DNA of 63,423 bases, counting the filler, from Octopus bimaculoides (lineage: Eukaryota), in the NCBI RefSeq assembly GCF_001194135.2. It is 7 parts of 7 records of this genome, joined end to end, with 100 filler letters (N's around TTAATTAATTAA, not from the genome) between each part and the next. Parts side by side here need not be neighbours in the genome. Positions count along the whole stretch, not along the records: positions 4,893 to 14,899 come from NC_069005.1; positions 15,000 to 20,320 come from NC_068994.1; positions 20,421 to 38,670 come from NC_068985.1; 4 more parts are not named here. One strand, written 5' to 3'. The notes beneath the pieces were generated by a model that saw only the letters and a program-made list of their open reading frames with translations, ran no database searches and was not told the origin of the DNA. This document shows positions 13,452 through 25,324 of the stretch, one piece after another; position 1 is the first letter of the stretch, and every line of letters begins with the position of its first letter. The translations under genes were made by a program, and so were the position numbers.

Positions 13452-13776
13452 GATCAAACAGCTAGTTGTAATGGAATGATATGTTAAAATAGCATGGATG
13501 GGAATAATATAGGTTAGTGAATTCATCTCCATGTACCTCTATCTCTGTATAAAAGACTGTTCTACTCTCTGTCTGTTAGTATCAAACGAAGTTTATACAT
13601 ATACAATTATACATACATACTTATATATAAATACATATATATATATATAGTTATATATATATTCTTATATATATACATATATATGTGTGTGTGTGTGAGT
13701 GTGTATAGATTCGTACACGAAAATACATACATACGCCTGCACTGTCACATCTCACAGGTACACACACACACACACA

Positions 13777-13826
<50 letters not shown>

Positions 13827-14822
13827 NNNNNNNNNNNNNNNNNNNNNNNNNNNNNNNNNNNNNNNNNNNNNNNNNNNNNNNNNNNNNNNNNNNNNNNNNN
13901 NNNNNNNNNNNNNNNNNNNNNNNNNNNNNNNNNNNNNNNNNNNNNNNNNNNNNNNNNNNNNNNNNNNNNNNNNNNNNNNNNNNNNNNNNNNNNNNNNNNN
14001 NNNNNNNNNNNNNNNNNNNNNNNNNNNNNNNNNNNNNNNNNNNNNNNNNNNNNNNNNNNNNNNNNNNNNNNNNNNNNNNNNNNTATATATATATATATAT
14101 ATATATATACCTCTATACACATACGTATCCTCTATTTATATAACGCTCTACACATCGTTGCTTCTTTCGTGTATGACTTGGCTGACCGCTTTCCTGCCTG
14201 GTGTCAATGTTCTGAGGAAATGAATCCGAAATCATTGAAATAAAGACCAAAAATAATACAAAATAAAAAAAAAAGAAAGTTTGTCGTTTGTCATCTATTG
14301 CGCAATTATTCATCCTCTAAAGGTTAAGGAGATTTGCAGATTTTTATTGTCCCAGATATACCGAGAGAGGGGAAGAGTGATCTGTGACTAAGTATCCTTA
14401 AGAAGCATTTATTCTTTAATCCTGGCTCAAGTATACTTTGTTTCATGTATATATGTATGCGTATGGATTACTCTCTCTCTCCTCCTCCTCCTCTTCTCTC
14501 TCTCCTCCTCCTCCTCTTCTCTCTCTTGCTCCGTTTAATAATGACTGCGGTGACGAAGGTGTATTTTCGCGTCCTTCATGTGTAAACACTTCACCATTGG
14601 ATTTACTATAATGACGTCACCTGATCAGCTGACATCTATCACATAGCGTGCTGTCGCGTCTCGGCTTTGATATTCTTTGCTCTCAAGTTACAGTATCAGG
14701 ATGTTGACCGTTAATTCTTTGTCTTACATCGGGCATATGGCTTTCCTGTTTATTCCTTTTCCTCTCTCTCTCCCTCTCTATCGATATCTCTCTCTGTACA
14801 TATATATATATATATAATATTA

Positions 14823-14865
<43 letters not shown>

Positions 14866-14999
14866 ATTATATATATATATGTATATATATATTATAATAN
14901 NNNNNNNNNNNNNNNNNNNNNNNNNNNNNNNNNNNNNNNNNNNTTAATTAATTAANNNNNNNNNNNNNNNNNNNNNNNNNNNNNNNNNNNNNNNNNNNN

Positions 15000-15036
<37 letters not shown>

Positions 15037-15139
15037 TTTATATATACATACATACATACACACTCGCAGACGCACACACACATATGAGTGCGTGTGTGCG
15101 AATGCGTATGTATGCATATGAGTGTTTGTGTCAGTGATG

Positions 15140-15335
15140 TCTGCCACCACCGTTTGACAACTGGTGTCGGTTTGTTTACGTTCCCGTTATCTAGCGGTTC
15201 GGCAAAGAGATCGGTAGAATGAGTACCAAATTAAAAAAAAAAAGCATTTACTGGGGGTTATTTGTTCGACCAAACCCTTCCATGTGGTGACCCATCATGG
15301 TTACAGTCCAGTGAGTAAAACAAGTAAAAGGATGA
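15140..15335 (+). mobile_element. SINE-like dispersed repeat, family C
   Basis: tgacaac..tgt.ggt.tgtttacgt...tagcggttcggcaaa...aaacaagtaaaag; inverted homologue at 15510-15700, other copies at 20060-20260 and 37585-37730. Confidence 0.8.
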
Positions 15336-15509
15336 AGAAAAGACAGTGACATTACGTTTCTGCTTTGTCACTTTCTTCGGACAAACTGATGAAGGCAACT
15401 AAGCAGTTACTTCGAAGTCACTTCCATCATTTCCCTTATAACAATATATATATATATATATTATAAGCCATTTTAAAGGTCTCTTCAGTGAATGGTCGGC
15501 TGTTCATGC

Positions 15510-15700
15510 CTTTTACTCTTTTACTTGTTTCAGTCATTAGACTGTGGCCATGCTGGGGCATCGGCTTCGGGAATTTTAATCGAATGAATTGACAACAGTA
15601 CTTATTCTATTGATCTCTTTTGTCGAAGAGCTAAGTTACAGGGACGTAAACACACCAACATCGGTTGTCAAGCAGTGGGTTGGGGGACAAACAGTGACAC
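15510..15700 (-). mobile_element. SINE-like dispersed repeat, family C
   Basis: Reverse complement aligns by eye with 15140-15335. Confidence 0.8.
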
Positions 15701-15779
15701 AGAGAAACACATACACACACTCAGACACACACGCATACACGCGCGCACCCATACACAAACACATATTTATATACGACAG

Positions 15780-15912
15780 GCTTCTTTCAGTTTCCGTCTA
15801 CCAAATTCACTCACAGGGCCTTTTATCAGCCCGAGGCTATGTTAGAAGACACTTGCCCAAAGTGTCACATGGTGGGATTGAACTCGAAACCGTATGGTTG
15901 TGAAACCACACA
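15780..15912 (-). mobile_element. tRNA-derived SINE family D (CORE-like ...ttgggcaagtgtcttct... domain); other copies about 21575-21660 (+) and 46140-46252 (-)
   Basis: B-box-like GAGTTCAATCCC followed by ...ctttgggcaagtgtcttctaacatagcctcggg. Confidence 0.7.
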
Positions 15913-15918
15913 CACACG

Positions 15919-15951
<33 letters not shown>

Positions 15952-16221
15952 NNNNNNNNNNNNNNNNNNNNNNNNNNNNNNNNNNNNNNNNNNNNNNNNN
16001 NNNNNNNNNNNNNNNNNNNNNNNNNNNNNNNNNNNNNNNNNNNNNNNNNNNNNNNNNNNNNNNNNNNNNNNNNNNNNNNNNNNNNNNNNNNNNNNNNNNN
16101 NNNNNNNNNNNNNNNNNNNNNNNNNNNNNNNNNNNNNNNNNNNNNNNNNNNNNNNNNNNNNNNNNNNNNNNNNNNNNNNNNNNNNNNNNNNNNNNNNNNN
16201 NNNNNNNNNNNNNNNNNNNNN

Positions 16222-16272
<51 letters not shown>

Positions 16273-16364
16273 CTGATGGTATTCACCGCTGCTCACAATG
16301 CACTTCCTGGCATTGTTTGAATCACGCCCCTCGCTGGCTAGGCGCATACCAACGTTGCCTCTGA

Positions 16365-16522
16365 ATTGACCGCTAGTCCTTTACAGTGTTACTCATTTAC
16401 TGCTGAGTGGAGTGGACCAACGTATGCTAAATATTTTACTTAAGAAAACAACATGCTGCCGCCTTGGAAATCGAAACCATGAACTTGTGTTACACCTTAA
16501 CCACTAGGTCACCTGTCTTCAT
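16365..16522 (-). mobile_element. Degenerate tRNA-headed SINE, family B
   Basis: Minus strand GACCTAGTGGTTAAGG...GGTTTCGATTTCC (A and B boxes) then ...ttggtccactccactcagcag. Confidence 0.65.
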
Positions 16523-17013
16523 AGACACCCGATAATTATATAAGTACATATGAATATAAAGATTAACACACACTCTCTCACACACACATACATGCATATA
16601 TACATACATACATACATAGATGTGTGTGTGTGTGTGTGTGAATACAATATATATATATTGTATTCACATCTAATAGCTGATTATTCAAACATTCCGCTTA
16701 ACTGAATCCCATGTCTGTAGACATATGTGTCTTGTAAAGCTATATACAACAGATTTTATAGAGCTACAAACACATAATAAGCGAGACCAGTATTACAAAT
16801 CGATAGCAATAATATAACACTGTGTACGTGGAAGAAGAGAGAGAGGGAGGTGGTGAATGAGTTAGGGTTGGGGGAAGTAGGCGGGTAGGGTGGATTTTTA
16901 CGAGGAGGAGGAGTAGTAGTAGGAAGATGAGGGAGGAGAAAAAACAAATAAAACTGAACGAGAATTAAGTACAAATTGTAATAAATGTGTTAAGATGGTG
17001 CGTGTGTCTGAGT

Positions 17014-17049
<36 letters not shown>

Positions 17050-17137
17050 CTGTGTGTGTAAATGTGTATGTAAGCATATATATGTGTGAATGTGAAAGCG
17101 TATGTTATATACACACACATACATATATACGTGTAAT

Positions 17138-17180
<43 letters not shown>

Positions 17181-17520
17181 ATAATATACTTGAATCTATA
17201 AAGGTTAATTTAATTCGTATAACCAACGCGTTTATTGAAGGAGAGTTCTCAATAACTAATTACAGATTAGTAAGGGGCTATAACGAATAGTGACGTAAAA
17301 TATGTAAGCCGTCATAGGTAAAGAAGTAATGTGAAATAACTTCATATCAACAATATATATTTTTTCTTATGTATACGTGCATGTGTATGTATGTGTGTGT
17401 GTGTGTGTGTGTATACTTATATAATAATAAGTGATTTGGTGTGTATAAACACAACAATCCAAGTGTAAAGATAGATATGATTTAATATAATTATTTTAAT
17501 GAAGGAAAATCAAAGTCAAA

Positions 17521-17620
17521 TTAATACTACGTGCGTTTCGATGAATGGCTGCTATTTATTACAAGAATTATATTATGTTATATAAGATGCCTAAAGCCAG
17601 TCCACTTCGTCAGTCATTTT
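17521..17620 (-). ncRNA. Candidate type-I minimal hammerhead ribozyme with intact catalytic core
   Basis: AAATGA-CTGACGA-A-[GTGGACTGGCT..44 nt..AGCCATTCATC]-GAAA-C-GCAC-GTA^GTATT; folded by hand, with stem I imperfect at the junction pair. Confidence 0.65.
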
Positions 17621-19321
17621 GATTTTCATCTATGATTGACTTCTATCTCGAATGCTAGATCAGCTGTAAATAAAGTTTATAATACATAAGGTTAAAAAAA
17701 ACTCTTGGATTGAAAAAGTGGTACGAAACTATCTGCAGGACTCGAATCACAAATCCAATTTCTGGTTACAGTATACGATTACTCTGAAGTAGTTTTCCGA
17801 TTTTCAAACATCTAGATTAGACCCTCTAATCGTACAAACGCGAATGCTAGTTTGCTAACGCTTAGAACTTAAATATAAAGAATCGAAAGATCTGTTACGT
17901 TCGAAATGGAAACAAAGTTGCTTTCTCGCTTGTAGTATTAATGAGTCTAATTTTGATGGATACATTTCAAAGGTTTACTTAGGTGCAATGGTATCAAAGC
18001 TTTCTTAGTTACAGGGAGTGTATGGTTGGAGTTCCAGCCGTAGGTTTTTGCCTATTCCTGATTCAGGTTTTTCTTTTAACCCTATAAATTAAGCGTTATT
18101 ATTTATAACTGGATTGATATTCGAGATACATTATTTATAAAAGACTATATATGCTTCTATCTTTAGGTTTTATCATTAGGCTCAAGTTTTACTTCTGTGA
18201 TTTTTTTTCCATGTGGATGTTATCTCTGGTTAATGTATTTTCTAGGCTATTCTAGCTTTATTACGATTACTAGTGCACGTTATTGCAAAATCTAATTAAT
18301 AATTCTCCCATCACGATTCCACCAACGAAGGTAAAAACTAAATATCCATGACGAGGTCATTATTATACCAAAACATGCTTGGAGTTGCTTCCCCTACTTA
18401 ACAAACGAATCGAAATTATATTGACTTGTAACATAGACAGAAGAAATCAGATTTCATGGGTGGAATTACAGAGATTAAATCTACCCCCGCAGCTAATTGA
18501 TATGAGATGTTTTGTCACCACCGTTTTGGCTTCACGTATTTAGCGTCGTTAATTCAACGCTGGCTCATTTGACATCAGACGTTTTAATAATTCTCCCGTT
18601 CCGTCTCTCCCCCACCCTGTCGCTGTTTTGCATCTAAACATATTTCTCTTTATTTGTATGAGGACAAGGCAAGTGATTATGTTCAATCGTGCTTAATTAA
18701 TAAATTGCTTTGTTACTGTCTGTCTGTCTCTGTCTCTTTCTCTTTCTCACACTCTCCTTATCTGTATGTAAATATATCTGCGCGCGCAGGCATGCGCACG
18801 CGTATGCTTGTGAATGTGTGTGTGTGTGTCTGTGTCTGTGTCTGTGTGTCTGTCTGTCTGTCTGCGTGCGTGCGTGCGTCCGTGTGCATGTATGTGTTTA
18901 CCTCCAACGTTAAACTCTCTGAATGTCCAGTCAGCCGTGCCATATCCTCAACGCCCAAACCGCTGCGCCAAACCATCTCTTTATCTGATCGACACTGAAA
19001 AGATGAAAAGCAAAATCGACCATGGTTGGGTTTGATCTCAGAACATATGCAGGACATCTAGTCCAACGCTGTACCAATACCCCCGGTCTATCAACCTATT
19101 TATTCAAATATTAGTCGATGACAAATATTTGTTTTTCCCCATAATGCTTAATTATATCAGCTTTAATTTTGTTTTGTTCTGCTTTCTGCTTTAAATATGT
19201 TAACATTAAATCAAAATATGTCAACAACATTTGGATTCTTAATGCACACAGATGAACAGCTATAGTTACAATATCGAGCCAGAAGGTTACAACCCGTGCA
19301 CTCGGGAATATCTGCTTCAAT

Positions 19322-19466
<145 letters not shown>

Positions 19467-20059
19467 TAGTATAGAAGTAATAGTAACAACAACAAGAAGA
19501 ACAATGACGACAATAATAATAGTAATAATGATGATGCTGATGAAAAAGGAACCGAAAATATGGTATTCTTTAGATGAACATTAGAAGACAATAGATTTTT
19601 TTTTCGCTTTCATCCCCAGAACTTGCCTCTTTGCAAAAAAAATGGAGCTTTCACGCTGCAACTCTTAGTAACTACTGGTAACCCAGCCATCATTTCCATC
19701 GCTGGTTTGAGAAAATTCCTGGAAGGTGTGACACAGCAACGCTTCTAAGAAGTAACTTAACAAATACACCAACATCATTAAATTGTTTTCATTTATTTTA
19801 AATTTTTTTATTCTATTTTGTAAAAAAAAAAAAAAATTTTAATGTGTTAGTTGCTATGTAAAATGGTCATCAAATAGCAGAAAAATTCTATACACTATTT
19901 TACCATTTCCCCCCCCCCCNNNNNNNNNNTCAACTTTGCCTTCTTTCATTGCTCTCATACCGTTAATTGTGCTGACGTCAGCATAAAGTTGAACAAAAAT
20001 CCATGGCAATAAACACACTAATTCCTTGACGACTTGAATTAATTCTCTGCGTTCTAATC

Positions 20060-20260
20060 ATTCATTTCTTTTTTGCTAATTTGTTCCAGTCATTGAACTG
20101 TGGCCATGCTGGGGCACTGCCTTGAAGGGATTTTAGCCGAACAACTCAACCCCAGTTCTTATTTTTTGTCGGTCTTTTGTTGAACCACTAAGTTCACGAG
20201 GACGTAAACAAAACAACACCGTTTTTCAACTCGCGTGTTGTGGAACAAATACAAACACAA
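20060..20260 (-). mobile_element. SINE-like repeat, family C
   Basis: cagtcattgaactgtggccatgctggggcactgccttgaaggg... is homologous to 15510-15700. Confidence 0.8.
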
Positions 20261-20286
20261 GCACACACATACTCACATCTATCTGG

Positions 20287-20320
<34 letters not shown>

Positions 20321-20420
20321 NNNNNNNNNNNNNNNNNNNNNNNNNNNNNNNNNNNNNNNNNNNNTTAATTAATTAANNNNNNNNNNNNNNNNNNNNNNNN
20401 NNNNNNNNNNNNNNNNNNNN

Positions 20421-20451
<31 letters not shown>

Positions 20452-20835
20452 CAATTCGGTACGAATCACCAGAACCATACATACAAACACGTCACAAATA
20501 AACTTATCTGTCTAATTAGGAAACACAGATGTTTTACACGAATACAAATCCTTGAAAATCAACAGGAGACACAAAATTCATTAGAGACGACACATCTTTA
20601 ATTACTTTTCCAAATAAATCCAATCGAAACCTTTAGCTGAAAGACTTCACACACGAACAAACACACACACACACACACACAAACGTGTATACGCACACAC
20701 ACAAACATGTACACGTACACACACTCTAAAACATCACCGAACAAAACAGAAACAAATAAAACCATTTACCAGGGATGTATTTCATACAAAAAGCAACGTA
20801 GAAATTGTATCTATCCACCCATTCATAAATATATA

Positions 20836-21368
20836 CAGGGTGGCCCAAAAGTATGTTTACAGTTATCACATAGGCACTTTAAATTTCTTTTAAAACAATT
20901 TATTACGTTTAAATTTCTATCTTGGAGAAGATACCCTTCCATCATGAAAGGTACCCTCCGTGGCGCACATCCGGGCAAGGTTGTTTATGAAAGGCCAGCA
21001 GTCATCCATGCTTACCAGTCTCCCCTCTCCACACCACCCAAGGAAAAGCCAAAGGCCAATACAGTTTGGAACCAGTGATGTCGCAACTCGTTTCTGAAGC
21101 TGAGTTAACTGGAGCTACGTAAAATAAAGTGTTTTGCTCAAGATCACAACACGCACCCCGGTCAGGGAATCGAACTCACAACCTCACGATCGTAAGCTCG
21201 ACGATCTAACCACTGAGCCATGTGCCTTCACATTTCTATCTTACAATTAAATAAATTACCATAGAATAATGGTTCTATATAATTTTTTTTATAATTAAGA
21301 TGTAAACTTAATATATGAATGCGAAAGAGATAGTTGAATAACTGTAAACCTACTTTTGGGCCGCCCTG
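20836..21368. mobile_element. Tc1/mariner-type MITE with 31-bp TIRs and TA flanks, containing a nested SINE
   Basis: TA-CAGGGTGGCCCAAAAGTATGTTTACAGTTAT ... ATAACTGTAAACCTACTTTTGGGCCGCCCTG-TA (29/31 identical). Confidence 0.92.
20935..21230 (-). mobile_element. tRNA-headed SINE nested inside the MITE
   Basis: Minus strand TGGCTCAGTGGTTAG...GAGTTCGATTCCC...gtgatcttgagcaaaacacttt. Confidence 0.8.
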
Positions 21369-23319
21369 TATATACATTTCTTTAGAGAAACATGAAATGC
21401 CATTCATAGAGAAGCGCCCACAGAAGAAACCATTCAAACAGACACATAAACAAATACCTGTTGTGTTTTTTGTTTCCTTTTTTAAATAAAGACATTCACG
21501 GCACGCAGTTGAAACGCTCTACAAATAGTTACACAGAGATTGAATTAAGTCAAAATAAACTAAAAGCAGAGCTATGTGGTAACATGCTTGCTTCTCAACC
21601 ACGCGGTTCCAGATTCAGTCCCATTGCCTTGCACACTTGGAGAATGTCCATGGCCTTTTGAGAGGATTAAAGGAAAACAGGAATGAAATTGTTGTACACA
21701 CACACACATGTATAAATGGTCGGCTGGTTTTGCCACGCTGGAGATGGAGTGGTTCACACCTTTACTCGCAATATAAGAGACAAAGGTTGTGTCGTTAACT
21801 AGCTAGAAAAGATGTTTTCCTGGGGATAAAATGTGGTAACATTGTTTTGCATAGAACAGCCATGTAAAAGTGGTAACAAGCATTACTATTTAGTAACTTT
21901 ACTAAGCGAATCTCTTTCAGAGATTTTGAAACCAGCTACTTCACATTGCTGCAAGATCAGTGGCTGAACGTCGCTTTTTAAAACCCACTACTTTAACATT
22001 TTCAAATGCTGCGTATTTTTTCATCTTTAATTTACAGTACAATAGCGGCTAGCCTTAGGGAAAATTGCATGTTATAAACTTGAATCAATTTAGTAAGAGG
22101 CACATGTTGCTATAAAAATTATTTGTAAGAGTGATAATGCCAATGATTCATTCACGTGTTATAAACTTATGCATTTTGATTTTGAGTGAGATTTTCATTT
22201 CAGTATGAAATTATGCCTTTTCAAAATTAGTATACACAGAAATTGCAATTCTGTATCATTATGAACTTTTGTATGCAATAATTTATCATATATCCGCTTT
22301 GAACAATAGAGTTGCATTAGTAAATATATTCGCTATTTAAAGAACTACAATGGCTGCCGATCGTTTCTTTTGTTTCCATGTAAGTCTACCTCCAGGAAGC
22401 GAGTTCTTTTGCCAAATATATCTTCCTTGTCACACAATTGGCGACAATATACTATAGCAATCAATAGCCACGGGCCATATTAATTTCTCATGTACAACAA
22501 TTCTTTGTTTCCTGTAGCGTTATATTAAATGGAAAATGAAATTAAGCCAAACACAATACAATGCAATGATCACATTGTTTCTGGAAACTAATTGGCTTGA
22601 TGTACATGTTAAGTAAGTTAACTGTATATGTTTGCATTGTCATCAAATTTGATACTATCTGTTTTTGTTTTTGTTTTTTTTTACAAGCAATGTACAGAAA
22701 AGTATATTATAATACAAGTTAAATTTAGTCTCAGACATTATTTCTAGGAATACTTAATTAAAGTGACTATTGTAACATTCGAAATCTATAGGACTTAATA
22801 TAATGTAATCAAAAAAATGTTTAAATGTGTTCTTATATTTTCATTTAACGTTAATGTGTAAGAAGAGAATGCGGATAATTAAATTAGTAGAAACTAGTTG
22901 AGAAATATCTTCATTTGTTTTCAAATATATAAGATAGTAAAACAAAGAAATAAAAAAAACTGGTGGGTACCTTATAAAAGATATGATATCATTTATAAAA
23001 TACTTGTGTTATCATAACCATTGGATAAATGGCAACTGAATAAGTAATTTCATACTTGTTTATTTTTCCTTCTTTTGACTAAGATAAGATGCAATGAATC
23101 TCTATGGTTTCTAATCAAATATGAAGAAAGGTTTAGCAACAGTTATTTATTTAAGAAATTTGCAAACACTCTCAGAAAATGTCGACACACATGCTTATGC
23201 ATAAGGCTTTGCAATGGGATAATTAACGAATACTCTATTATGTCTGTTAGGAAATACATTTTGGTATTGTATATTTGAATTCAATAAGCTCATTTTCGAA
23301 GAATAGTCTACACCTACTT

Positions 23320-23900
23320 GGCAATCCTTTCACTACTGATGTGGCAAGTGCTTTAAAATGTGTGCCTCGTTGACATTAGTCATTCATCTAAGTTGATAAG
23401 CAATTTCTATGTCTCCATATCTCTCTACGTCTAACTGGAAAACTTCAAAAGTTTGCTTAAATTTGATCGTGAATTATCCGGCATTTAGACGAATTTTTTC
23501 TTCACTTTGCAGAAGGCTGCCAACTCTTCATCAAAACTGGTTCATTTGTAATGTTTGTGTCTTTATATGTTCTGTTCTGTAGTGAGGACCTCCAATATGC
23601 TATTGAATCCACCTTCCAGCAAACACAATTCTTGAGCCACCCGGACAGAATCCCGCCATTCTGGTTCCTTATGGATTCGGCTTTCTGCTATCAGACTCCT
23701 ACTAACATTATTGAGCCACAGCACTTGGCTTTCGAAAGTTATATTAATGCACGTGACATTCTAGCATCGTTCCCCCTCCTTTCTCTCCGGAGCAACTGCG
23801 TTCTTTAAGTGTTTCTGACTTTGTTGTGCTTTTATTTAAACATCGGTAATTAGCGGCCATTAGAACTGCTCACCGTCTGTCAGCATTCACAGAAAAATTC
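23320..23900 (-). pseudogene. Decayed non-LTR (L1/Tx1-like) ORF2 fragment, post-RT region
   Basis: Hand translation ...SCSGEKGGERC*NVTCINITFESQVLWL... resembles the L1/Tx1 P.EKGGLG...NxAL..KWLW motif; contains stops. Confidence 0.35.
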
Positions 23901-24253
23901 TAAATAAGTAAAACGTCAGTTTATGCCATTCAGCATAGCATGTCATCTTACATAATGGTGTCCTTAAGCAATTAACCTCTAATTAGATTTGGAAACACAA
24001 TTAACATCTTATTTTCAAGCTAGATTCGTATTCCTCACAAGATCACAAAGCGCCTTATTTCCTTTCATTTCTGTCCATAACTTCAACAGCTGAATCTAAT
24101 AAGCCGTTTCTATTGCTTAATATTCTAAAGACATTTAAGTTGTGTTTTAGAAATAGGCATATTCATAAATGTATGTTCATTCGTGTGTGCTTATATATTT
24201 GTATATATATATTTATGTATATATTATATATATATATATATGTATATATATAC

Positions 24254-24285
<32 letters not shown>

Positions 24286-24423
24286 GTNNNNNNNNNNNNN
24301 NNNNNNNNNNNNNNNNNNNNNNNNGTGTGTGTGTATGTGTGTGTGTGTATGTGTATACGTATATTTATATATACATACATATATAAACTCTGAATTTTAT
24401 TATGACAACCAACTAATTGTCAC

Positions 24424-24464
<41 letters not shown>

Positions 24465-25175
24465 TGGTTAAGTAGACGCTAGCAAGGTAAAGTATTTGCA
24501 TTCGAATGTTTGGAATATGTTCCTAATGTAATAATAGCATTACACTCTAAGTTCTTTAGCTTTGTTAAGAACACTACATGAATATTTCAGTATTTCCTAT
24601 ACGTCAGCGCAGCAAACTGTTTACATATACCTGGCATTTGAATAGGGTAATGCATATTTTATTATGATCCAGGTAATATGGAATCTAAATGTTTTGGTTT
24701 TTAAATCACTAAGCTATTTCCCGCGAGTGATGTAACTTTAGCCTCATGATGATTATCTAAAGACCAGTTATTACATAACATTTATAGATACTATTATTAG
24801 TGCGGCATAAATTATTTAAAGGGTACACAAGTTTAGTATTTCCTGTGTTATTCAACAATCGCTGAGAGTGATAATCATTATTATATCCATTAGAAATTCT
24901 CGTATAATCCAGGGTTACGCAAGAGAGAGTGAGAATGCTTTTATCAGCAACAGCACTTCCATTGGAAAGGTGAAAATTTAAACAGTGATCTTTATTATTA
25001 TACCTTTATAATCGTCATTCATATTAGAATAGATACCGGTGTCGTCCGAGTTGCTTGCATCACTATAAGGGTTAAGTTTTAAGTTTTCATAACCACCACT
25101 GTCATTATGGCTGTTGCTTGGGCGGTTAGTATTTCTGGTACATATACAAGCCGAACTCCAAGCAGAAAAGTCCGT

Positions 25176-25240
25176 GGGCATATGGCGTAGTGGTAAAGAG
25201 CGCGGGCTACTAACCCCAAGTTTCCGAGTTCGATTCCAGT
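25176..25240 (+). mobile_element. tRNA-derived SINE head, family E, without its tail
   Basis: A box TGGCGTAGTGG at 25183-25193 and B box GAGTTCGATTC at 25226-25236; near-identical to the head at 31546-31472 (-); no 3' acceptor strand. Confidence 0.85.
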
Positions 25241-25269
25241 TCCCAAAATCATGAGGGAAAATCCAGAGA

Positions 25270-25324
<55 letters not shown>

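Noticed and set aside
15350-15420. CTGATGAAGG...CGAAGTC (+) and CCGAAGA...GAAACGTA (-) hammerhead-like fragments
   Set aside because: Neither strand gives consistent stems I-III.
25176-25240. Possible tRNA genes (here and at the other SINE heads)
   Set aside because: A and B boxes are present, but there is no complete cloverleaf or acceptor stem and they continue into repeat bodies.
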